Origin: Eledone cirrhosa
Lineage: Eukaryota
Assembly: GCA_964016885.1 (NCBI GenBank)
Contig: OZ024747.1
Location: 17,732,001-17,796,000, forward strand
Reading direction: 5' to 3'
DNA length: 64,000 bases
Of this stretch, positions 43,760 through 54,921 are shown in pieces. Position numbers and translations under genes: made by a program. The first letter of the stretch is position 1, and every line of letters begins with the position of its first letter. The notes under the pieces were generated by a model. That model searched no databases and had not been told where the DNA came from. It saw only the letters and a program-made list of their open reading frames with translations.

Positions 43760-44077
43760 TGTATATAAATATATACATATTTATGTTTATATCTGCCTCT
43801 GAGTGTACATGTGTCTTTGGTGTATGTGTACATGTTGTCTGTATGTACGTATAGCTGTTTGTAATGTCTATAAGTGTGTCGCTTTATTCGACCATTCCAC
43901 TGCACACAAATTTCCTTTGCTAACTCTACTGAGGAAATAAATCTGGACACATTTTGATTGGTTCGAAAATCAATATAAAAATGGTTTGGCTATGTTTATT
44001 TATTTATCTATTTATATATTTATTTATTTATTCATTTTGTATCTTTTCTTCTTTTTTTGTGTATGCGTATGTGTATT

Positions 44078-44330
<253 letters not shown>

Positions 44331-44900
44331 CTATAAATATATACGCATATGTATATAACTATATACATATATGTATATATATATATATATATACACATGT
44401 ATATATACACACGTATATGTATATATATATACATATATATATATATGTATGTATGTCTATAAATATATACGTATATGTATATAACTATATACATATATGT
44501 ATATATATATATATACATACACATGTATATATACACACGTATATGTATATATATATATATATATACATATATGTATGTGTGTGTCTATGTATATATATAT
44601 GTATATGTGTGTCTGTGTCTATGTGTGTATGTTTGCTACTGTGTGTGTGAGAACGTATGATGCTTGTGTTTGTGACTGTGATCATATTGCCACCTTAGAA
44701 GAAATCACTTTGAAAATAATATCTAAATCTAATAATAAACTTGTGACGAACGCTTTCAAGATATCTGCTGCTAGTGACCATAAGGGCATTGGGAAATGGT
44801 AGCAAACTCTGTCAGTTACCCCGTTAACAAAAGAATAACTTCTACTGATATAACTTGATCGTAGACAAGGGATATTTATGATATATACGATATATATATA

Positions 44901-45040
44901 ATCTCTGAGATTCCTGATGATTTCTAAAGAATGAAACAGTTCTAGTCCTGTAGAATCTCATCTATATTAAAACTTTTATACTCTGCAATGTATTGAGTAC
45001 CTTACTTACTGTGGTTACCTCCGATTCAACCCGGAATAAC

Positions 45041-45041
<1 letters not shown>
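44901..45041 (+). mobile_element. Family D Penelope-like pLTR fragment with hammerhead-like core
   Basis: CTGATGA-TTTCTAAAGAAT-GAAA-CAGT-TC; homologous to 11615-11770; (TA)n flanks. Confidence 0.6.
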
Positions 45042-45102
<61 letters not shown>

Positions 45103-45166
45103 TATATTATATATACTTATATATATATATATATATGCATATACATACTATGTCTTATTATATATA

Positions 45167-45300
<134 letters not shown>

Positions 45301-45724
45301 TAATGTTAAAAGGAAGTTTCCCATCTATGGAGAGAGAGGGGGTGAGATGGGGGAAGAGCGAGAAGGTTGGAGGTGCCTCCATAGAAGTGGAAACTTCCTT
45401 TTAATTATGTATGATGGAATCAGTAGTTCTAGATGTTTGTATTGTTGTTGTATTACACACACACACACACACGCACATATACACACACGCACACACACCA
45501 TGCATACACACACAAACATGCACACACACACACACACATGCACACGCACACATACATGTACACTCATAAACCAACAAAAACTGACATTGATTTATACGCA
45601 AATAATTTGTCTGGCGTTGTTGGGTTTTTTATATTATTATTATTATTATTATTATTAGTTCATTTAAAAATATGAAAGAAAAAACCTTAAACTTGGTTGT
45701 TTATGAGAAATAAAAAGAGAAAAT

Positions 45725-45729
<5 letters not shown>

Positions 45730-45821
<92 letters not shown>

Positions 45822-46010
45822 GTAGACAGACAGACATGCAGAGACAGAAAGACAGAAAGAGAGAGAACGAGTGACAGTTAGACAGACAGACAGATAGAGT
45901 CAAAGAGAGACAGACGGAGATAGAGAGAGAGAGAAAAAAGGAAAGAGAAAGAGAGAGAGTGTGATAGAGAGAGAGTGAGAGAGAGAGAGCGAGAGAGAGA
46001 GAGAGAGAGA

Positions 46011-46056
<46 letters not shown>

Positions 46057-46230
46057 GAGAGAGAGAGAGACGGAAATAGAAAGAGAGAGAGTGAGAGAGA
46101 GAGAGCGAGAGAGATAGACAGACAGACAGACAGACAGATAGAGACAGAGAGAGAGAGAGACAGAGTGACAGATAGAGAGAGAGAGAAAAGGAGAGAGAAA
46201 AAGAGAGATTGTGATAGAGAGAGAGAGAGG

Positions 46231-46264
<34 letters not shown>

Positions 46265-46312
46265 GAGAGAGTGAGATAGAGACAGAAATAGAAAGAGAGA
46301 GAGAGTGAGATA
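45730..46312. repeat. (GA)n-rich array
   Basis: Direct reading. Confidence 0.95.
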
Positions 46313-46488
46313 GATTGGTTACTAGTGCTAACACTGTCAGGTTGACAGTGTTAGCACTAGTAACCAATTTATACTTACAAACCATTAAATCGGTTCCTAC
46401 CGGTGTCAACGTGGAAAGCTGTTGCTGTTGTTGTTGTTATTTTTCTTGTTGTGGTTGATATTGTTGTTATTGTTGTTGATATTATTAT

Positions 46489-46685
46489 AGGGCGGTGGAG
46501 TGGCAGTATCAGTAGAGAGTCGGACGCCATGCTTTCCAGCATAGTTACGTCCCTTTACGGTCTGAGTTCAAATCCCGCCGAGGTTAACTTTGCCTTTCAT
46601 CCTTACGGGGTCGATAAAATAAAGTACCAGTAATGTACTGAATAACTAACTGCTGGCCTTGTGCCAAAAAGTAGAAACAATTATT
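46489..46685 (+). mobile_element. SINE family C
   Basis: Consensus match with A and B boxes. Confidence 0.85.
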
Positions 46686-47057
46686 ATTGTTATTGTTGTT
46701 GTTGTTGTTTTTCTTGCCAGGGTTAATATTGTTATTGTTATTGTTGTTGTTGTTGTTTTTCTTGTCAAGGTTGATATTGTTATTGTTGTTGTTTTTCTTG
46801 CCAGGGTTGATATTGTTATTGTTGTTGTTGTTGTTTTTCTTGCCAAGGTTGATATTGTTATTGTTATTGTTGTTGTTGTTTTTCTTGCCAAGGTTGATAT
46901 TGTTATTGTTATTGTTGTTGTTGTTGTTGTTTTTCTTGCCAGGGTTGATATTGTTATTGTTATTGTTATTGTTGTTGTTGTTTTTCTTGCCAAGGTTGAT
47001 ATTGTTATTGTTATTGTTATTGTTGTTGTTGTTTTTCTTGCCAGGGTTGATATTGTT

Positions 47058-47091
<34 letters not shown>

Positions 47092-47165
47092 TTCTTGCCA
47101 AGGTTGATATTGTTATTGTTATTGTTGTTGTTGTTGTTTTTCTTGCCAAGGTTGATATTGTTATT
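46686..47165. repeat. TTTCTTGCCA(A/G)GGTTGATATT + variable (GTT)n minisatellite
   Basis: About 11 units. Confidence 0.9.
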
Positions 47166-47223
47166 ATTATTGTTGTTAATATTATTATTGTTGTTATTTC
47201 TGATCTTGTTATTAAAGTTATTA

Positions 47224-47418
47224 AGGGTGCTGGATTGGCAGTATCGATAGAAGGTCGGACGCCATGCTTTGTAGCATAGAGTTACGCCCCTTTATGGTCT
47301 TAGTTCAAATCCCACCGAGGTTAACTTTGCCTTTCATCTTTACGGGGTCGATAAAATAAAGTACCAGTAATGTACTGGGATAATTGCTGGCCTTGTGCCA
47401 AAAGTAGAAACAATTATT
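47224..47418 (+). mobile_element. SINE family C
   Basis: Consensus match; followed by a Naiad tail fragment at 47418-47472. Confidence 0.85.
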
Positions 47419-47992
47419 TATCCTTATCGAGCCGTCTTTGGATTTTAGTCTTCAAATTTATTATTATTACTATACACACACACACACATATATATATGTG
47501 TGTGTGTGTATATATATATATCCACTTACTTATAAACATACATATATATATATATGTATGTATATATATATATATATATATTTTTTTTCTCTCTCTCTCC
47601 CGTCTGCGACTTCACAGAACTTATGTTTACCGAATTCGCAGACCAGACCCCTTCTTCCTCCCGTTAGACCTGTGCGAAATTCCTTCCTTGCTCACATTTC
47701 AACCAGGTTTGATGGTCTTTATTCTCTCGTTCACGATTCCACCAAATTTATATTCATAGAAATCTGGGACTTGTTTCCTTCTTCATCACTTTCTGCTGCT
47801 TAAACCATTTTATTTGTTTACCCTAGCGTCCCCTTTATTTACGTGTCCCAACGACTTTTTTTAGCCGTTGCTCGCACCAACCTGAGGTATATGGCCTTTA
47901 ATGCGACGAAATGCCTACGACGGTTGGAAGGCCACTGATGAGGACAAACTTTTTCATATGTAACCCATTTGCAGCGCCGCAGCTCCATTATT

Positions 47993-48049
<57 letters not shown>

Positions 48050-48375
48050 TTGCTTATAAATGCTAACCACTGTTGTTGGTGTAGTTATTGTTTTTATTGT
48101 TGTTGTTGTCCTTGCAGTTGTTTAGCCCAAAATATAAACCAATTATAAAACCAGAAGGACTTACATACATATACACATATACATACATACATATATGCAT
48201 ATATGCTCTGATGAATTGATTGGTTATAACAAAGTATTGGTGATCGATTGACGCAAAAACAGGCGGGTAGCGATCTCTAGACCTACCAGTTCAGAGAAAC
48301 AATTGTCAGCAATGTGAATAAAGCCCTTATTGTATAGCAAACCATGTCACTCTTCTTTCTTGATTTATATATATA

Positions 48376-48630
48376 TAAACGTGGTTCTGTCTTTGCGTGT
48401 AATTGTTCTTCACCGCTCCTATTAATGACGTATTTTTTTGTTTTTTTTTTCCCGTTCTTTGCCAGGGAACGTTTCCACGAACCAAAGTATCGTCTTCCTG
48501 TCTTCCTCCGGCTGCAACGTCTTTTTGAAATATCCACTTCTGCGTTTACAGATTGACTTTGTTAGTTTCAGAAGATCCTGTTAAGGGTGAAAGCAGCGAT
48601 TCTTTGCTTAAATTTTAATCTGTTATTTTA

Positions 48631-48636
<6 letters not shown>
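48376..48636 (+). mobile_element. Solo pLTR fragment of the Naiad family
   Basis: Reverse complement of about 57175-57428; (TA)n flanks. Confidence 0.85.
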
Positions 48637-48670
<34 letters not shown>

Positions 48671-48967
48671 TTATTAAAATATATAAATATATATATATAT
48701 ATATACATAACAAAGATATAGCTCGACTGACTGGCAGGTGTACGCCATGCACTCTTATTGAACAGAACACAGTGCATATCAGTCATTGAACGACTATAGA
48801 AACTGTTTTAAGTGCTGCGATAAACGCAGAGTTGGTACTCATGAGAACTGAAGTATAAAAAAAACGTAGACATGATGAGAGATGAAAGGAGAAAATCTGT
48901 GGGGAAGATGAGAGGGAATTAAGTCGCTTATGACTTCAATACATATATATATGTATATATGTTAGTA

Positions 48968-49002
<35 letters not shown>

Positions 49003-49004
<2 letters not shown>

Positions 49005-49747
49005 AAATTAAGATAAATCAAATGAATTTAATCTAAATCAAAATGATGGGTGTCATGCCAGAAAGACATGCACCATATAACCCGCAAAATAAGCTCTAAG
49101 ATTCTAACGAGTAGGTCCGAGCATTTTATAATAACTAGAAATTGATTAACATATAAATAAACATGAATAATCACAGGAGATAATTTTTACAAGTGTGTAA
49201 CCACACATAGCTAGGTAGGTAACTAAATAAAGTTGAACGGAACTTCAAAAATAGATACCTTATAATATGATTAATCTTCCCTGTATATATTCCATTAAAG
49301 AAATATATTTCACCAATTAATCGGATGGTAAACTACGGAAGTGGAGACTTGGATTTTCAACAAGGAAGAAGTTCCAGCGATCCGTGTTTACACTTCAAGT
49401 TCAAATCAGCGACTGGCCAGCAACACGTGCTATATTTACTAGAAATACACACATCATACTAGCTTCGTCCCAGTGGCGTGAATAGGGTTATCGACAACTA
49501 GAAACAGCAGTCGATTCCATTCAACAGAGTTAGCTCTACAATTAAGGAGCCGTATTTATATATCTATATCCAAAATTAAGATAAATCAAATGAATTTAAT
49601 CTAAATCAAAATTATGGGTGTCATGCCAGAAAGACATGCACCATATCACCCGCAAAATAAGCTCTAAGATTCTAACGAGTAGGTCCGAGCATTTTATAAT
49701 AACTAGAAATTGATTAACATATAAATAAACATGAATAATCACAGGAG
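49003..49747. mobile_element. TA-embedded element with ~175-bp terminal direct repeats
   Basis: 49003-49178 is repeated at 49572-49747. Confidence 0.6.
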
Positions 49748-49748
49748 T

Positions 49749-49795
<47 letters not shown>

Positions 49796-50156
49796 CATAT
49801 ATATATATTCTACTAGTTACTTTTAATCTTTGAAGTCACAAAATAGTGTAGAACACCACGTTTATTTAGTGTATGTGTGTGTGTATATTATATATATATA
49901 TATGTTTGTGTGTGTGTATATATATATATATATGTGTGTGTCTGTGTAGATATATATATTTATACATACATGCATACACGCATAAATACTTGCACATACA
50001 TACATGCAAATACACATATATACACACAAACAAGTATCCATATATAATACCTACTTACATATAAACATACATGTATACATACGTACATACATACATACAT
50101 ACATACATACATACATACATACATACATACATACATACATACATACATACATACAT

Positions 50157-50757
50157 GGTGGCTGCCAACTCGTTTTCGAGTACGGCCACTACTTTATATC
50201 CATGTAGGAGAACCCCTACCAATGCGCTGAACGAATGTGACTTTCTAGTCCAGCCAGCGACTTGAAAACTCTGGTACAAACACTTGTGACAATTAGTGAC
50301 ACACAGTGCTGGGCCCATGGTACCATATGACGACAAGTGCAGAGAGATCTCCAGATATAAAGCAATGCCTGTGCCGTGAAGCTTTTATAGTGAGCAAAGG
50401 CACTGCACAAAGCCAGTCCCACTCTCTTAACCAAGATGATATTTACCAAAAAGAAGAACAAGTCAACATCATTGGATACCATCAGGGTTGCAGGTGTTAT
50501 ATCAGAGTTTTCCTTCTCCTAGAATTCTGCCTTGACAAAGGCTAAGGGGTCATCTCTCCCGGGGATTTTGGATGGCCATTGACTCTTAAGAGCTCCTTTG
50601 CCCTTTGACAGGTTTTGGTTTTAGTCCTGCAGGATGTCCAAAGTCACCCTCCTCACCAAGAAACCTTGGTGGGGTTGCCAGTTTAGTCGCCAACGACCCG
50701 ACCATGAGACAGGTTGTACTGGGATACATGTTAGCAGTAGTACCAACTGGTGACATG
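50157..50757 (-). mobile_element. Internally deleted (bipartite) RTE-derived element
   Basis: Minus strand has a 5'UTR-like region (GCGACTAAACTGGCAACCCCACC, CTAGGAGAAGGAAAACTCTGA) joined to a zinc-finger 3' end ([19 protein letters not shown]); (TACA)n flanks. Confidence 0.6.
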
Positions 50758-50824
50758 ACATACATACATACATACATACATACATACATACATACATACA
50801 TACATACATACATACATACATACA

Positions 50825-50854
<30 letters not shown>

Positions 50855-50855
<1 letters not shown>

Positions 50856-51284
50856 TAAAGCACAACCGGCCTGATATTGTTGTTTGGGACCACACATTGA
50901 AAACGTGTTCTGTTGTGGAGATCAGCTGCCCACTTGATGTAAACGTTGTCAGAAAAATACAGGAGAAGGAGGACATCTACGGACCATTGATGAGGAGTTT
51001 GCAAATCCAGTATCCAAGATACACCTTTAGCTTCATACCCATCATTATTGGAGCTACGGGTTATATACCAACCCGTTTGGACCAAAGTATGACTGAACTT
51101 GGATTTGCGGACAAAGAGCGCAGCTCCCTAATTCATAGTCTACAAATGACTGCGATAGCTGGCACCTTCAAAATTTGCCCAACATTCTTGCGATTCAAGG
51201 GATGACAATTTCTTTTCTTTTACAACCTTGCCACCAGGAAGGTGGCCGGTCAAAGAAATATACTCGAAATTAAGAGAAAGAAAT
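50855..51284 (+). mobile_element. 3' fragment of an R4/Dong-like LINE (restriction-like endonuclease domain)
   Basis: KHNRPDIVVWD..VVEISCP..K..Y..PIIIGATG; flanked by (TACA)n. Confidence 0.8.
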
Positions 51285-51352
51285 AACATACATACATACA
51301 TACATACATACATACATACATACATACATACATACATACATACATACATACA

Positions 51353-53205
51353 TTAAACCCTCTGTACTTTCTGCTCAAGAAATGTGAGGGATACATCATT
51401 GGCTCACAGGAGGACAGAAATACGAACCTAATACATAATTTCTTTGTGGACGATCTGAAACTCTATGCCAAGGACATGGATGGGATGAAGAAAAATCTTG
51501 ACCTGGTTACAACGTTCTCAAAGGATATAGGAATGGAGTTTGGCCAAGATAAATGCTCATACATGACTGTAAAGCGGGGAAAAACAACAACCCTATCTAG
51601 CAACATTGTCATCAATAGCCTAACTGTTTCACCGATATCTGATGAGGACTGCTACAGATACCTGGGGATAGATGAGAACATATCCTATAATGGTATCTGT
51701 AATAAAGAACGCGTAACCAGGGAATACTACACCCGATTAAGAAAGATCTGGTCATCGGAACTCTCTGCGCAAAACAAAACAGTGGCTCACAATGTGTTTG
51801 CTGTGCCTGTCCTAACACCAACGTTTGGAATACTCAATTGGACGATAGACGAAATCCGAGCAGTTGATGTTGGAACTCGAAAAATACTGAACAACACCGG
51901 AAACTTCCACATCAACAGTGACATAGACCGCGTTTACTTGAAACGTAAGCAGGGAGGCAGAGGCCTAACATCAGTCCAGACAACATTTGAATGTCGCATC
52001 ATATCTCTCCGACAACATCTACGAACCTCGAAGCGTAGGAGCCCGTTTCTTGAGCAAGTCTATCTGCATGAAACAGATAAGATCATCAGAGTTGGGAAGG
52101 AACTCCTCGAGAGATATTCCCTGTGTGATAATCAAAACCTCACACCCAGGGAAGTCGCTCAGCAGTATCGCAGTGAATCCATGGATGAAAAACTGCATGC
52201 TTATCAGCAAAAAATCATGCATGCATATGTTGCCAGGAAGCTCCAGTGTGAGAGTAATATAGATAAGGAAAGTAGTCTATCTTGGACCAACAACCGCTAT
52301 ATTGGTTCCCACTTTGAAGGATACGCTTTTGCAATCCAAGAACAGGAGATTAACACGAAATACCTGATTCACAAAAGATATAGGGATGCAGGCAAAACAC
52401 CTAGATGTGATAACAAGTGCAGACTCTGCAGAACTAACATCGAGGATATCACCCATGTCGTCAGCAGCTGTCCAAAGGTGTCCTTGCGGTACTATCTACC
52501 TATGAGGCATGATGTAGTGGCCGAAACACTGTACAATGCAGTCCGTAAAAAAGATAGCCCCGATAATAAACACATTAAAAGCTACAGCAATGTGGAAGAC
52601 ATCCACGTACATAATATGAAAAAGCACTGGTGGAATGTTCCAGTAAAAACCCCAATAAAATGCAGGCATAACAGACCAGATATTATGATATGGGACAAGA
52701 AGAAGAAAGCATGAACAGTAGTGGAAATTAGCTTCCCAGCAGATGCCAATATAATATCAAAGATTAGCGAAAAGGAGAATATTTATGCAGAACTGATGAG
52801 AAATATGCAGATACTCCACCCTGATTACACCTTCAGATTTATGCCTGTGATTATTGGGGCACTGGGGTATGTTAGTAACTGCCTCAATCCAAATCTTGAA
52901 AAGCTAGGCTTCACAGAAACAGAAAGAACACAACTAGTTAGGAAATTACAAGTACAATCCATTAATGGAACAGTAAAAATATATAAAACATTCCAAAAAT
53001 GTTGCATCTAATAATTTCATATACACATGTACAGATACAAAGCATATACACATGCACACATACAGCTCAAAACATACACATCCACACATACAATAACATC
53101 CATATCTACACATGCATGCATGCATACCTAATCTACCTAGTTGATGTTGTGTAAATTCCAATGAATTGGGAAAAAATTTGTGAAATTATAAAACCAGAAC
53201 ACACT
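51353..53205 (+). mobile_element. 5'-truncated R4/Dong-like non-LTR retrotransposon (RT C-terminus, CCHC knuckle, REL endonuclease)
   Basis: FVDDLKLY, YRYLGI, GGRGL, AIQEQEI, CRLC..EDITHVVSSC, RHD, HNRPDI, VEISFP, PVIIGALG; one in-frame TGA at 52712-52714. Confidence 0.9.
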
Positions 53206-53531
53206 TACAAACACACACAGACATACATACATACACACAGACATACATACAGACAGGCATACATACATATTACAAGAAAACGATTTCATCTTGTCCGTAT
53301 GTTTTTATAGTGATTCAGAATTGCACTTTGTAAGGCTTCTACTTCAGCAATTCAGATAAGAAAGGCCTTGCTAATAACATTTAAGGTGCAGTTTTAGTAT
53401 CAGTGGTAATCAAAATAATCAAAAGATTATATCCAGAGCTATTAATTCTGGGTAGCTTCACCGCAACTGTTAGCACACCTGCTCATCAATGAACCGGATG
53501 GATTTTGTATAATTATCATAGGAGAGCTCGC

Positions 53532-53568
<37 letters not shown>

Positions 53569-53862
53569 GCGCGCACACACACACTTACACACTTACACAC
53601 TTACACATACACAAACACACACCCACACCCACACACACAAACACACATATATATATATAAAATCTTTTCCTGGGTCCTGTATTTTCGTTGCTCTGGTAAT
53701 GCGGTCGGACTGCCGACTGCTATATCTGATTTGCTAAGCTGTCTGAACATAATGTTATTACTCTGGGGTCTTACTTCATCTGAGTGCTAAAGCTACAAAC
53801 CGAATAAGCATACACGCTAGCTTGGCCGTATACTAGAGCTTCGTATATGCTGTACTAAAATT

Positions 53863-53926
<64 letters not shown>

Positions 53927-53934
<8 letters not shown>

Positions 53935-54416
53935 TAAAAGATTAAAGTTTAAGCAAAGAATCGCTGCTTTCACCCTTAACGGGATCTTCTGAAACTAACA
54001 AAGTCAATCTGTAAACGCAGAACTGGATATTTCAAAAAACGTTGCAACCGGAGGAAGACAGGAAGACGATATTTTGGTTCATGGTGACGTTCGCTGGCAA
54101 AGAACGGGAAAAAACGAATAATACGTCATTAATAGGAGCGGTGAAAAACAATTACGTGCAACGACAGAACCACGTTTATGGTATAAAAGAGGTCGTAGAC
54201 TAATGTTCTCTAAGTAGTGCATAGAGACGTTCTCTGGCAATGAACGAAAAAACGAAGATAATAAGTCATATGTGGAGCGTGGAGAACAATAGCGTGCAAA
54301 GACAAAACCACGTAAATGGTATAGCAGAAGTCGTAGACTAAAATTCTAACTAGGAGACCGAATGAATCTCCGCTACAGAGTTAAGAACAAAGTAAATAAA
54401 TACAATACAGAAGTAA
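53927..54416 (-). repeat. 3' pseudo-LTR
   Basis: ~490-bp near-identical direct repeat of 57177-57666. Confidence 0.92.
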
Positions 54417-54921
54417 TAGGAACAAATAAATACATACACGCAAACAGATACGTACATACACAAGCATACGCAAAACCTTACCATAGGTATACAAAACCAC
54501 GCACATATAAATATGTGTATGTGTGTATGCTTGTGTACAAATAAATAAATAATTATATAAACGTATATAAGTAAATAAATACGTATATAACAATCGCACA
54601 CACATACCTACAAATAAATACATGAAGGTTCGGAGACGTAAGTCAACTAAAACAAGAAGTACACATATACACACACCCACCATACGTACGAACCTGCATA
54701 CTCACGCAGACGCAAAACTCCCATATACACATAACCAAGCCCTAAATACCAGAATATGTAAAAATTATACGCCAAAACAGTCAAATATACGTACGAGAAG
54801 GTATACATACCTTCACAAAACATACGGGTAATATATACTTACCTATGCAAAAAGTAAAGGAATAAACAAAACATATACTTAGCTCCCACATCAAGACGTA
54901 AATATCCACGTATAGATCGTG

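Noticed and set aside
46686-47165. CRISPR-like repeat-spacer appearance
   Set aside because: Spacers are only (GTT)n, there are no cas genes, and the context is eukaryotic
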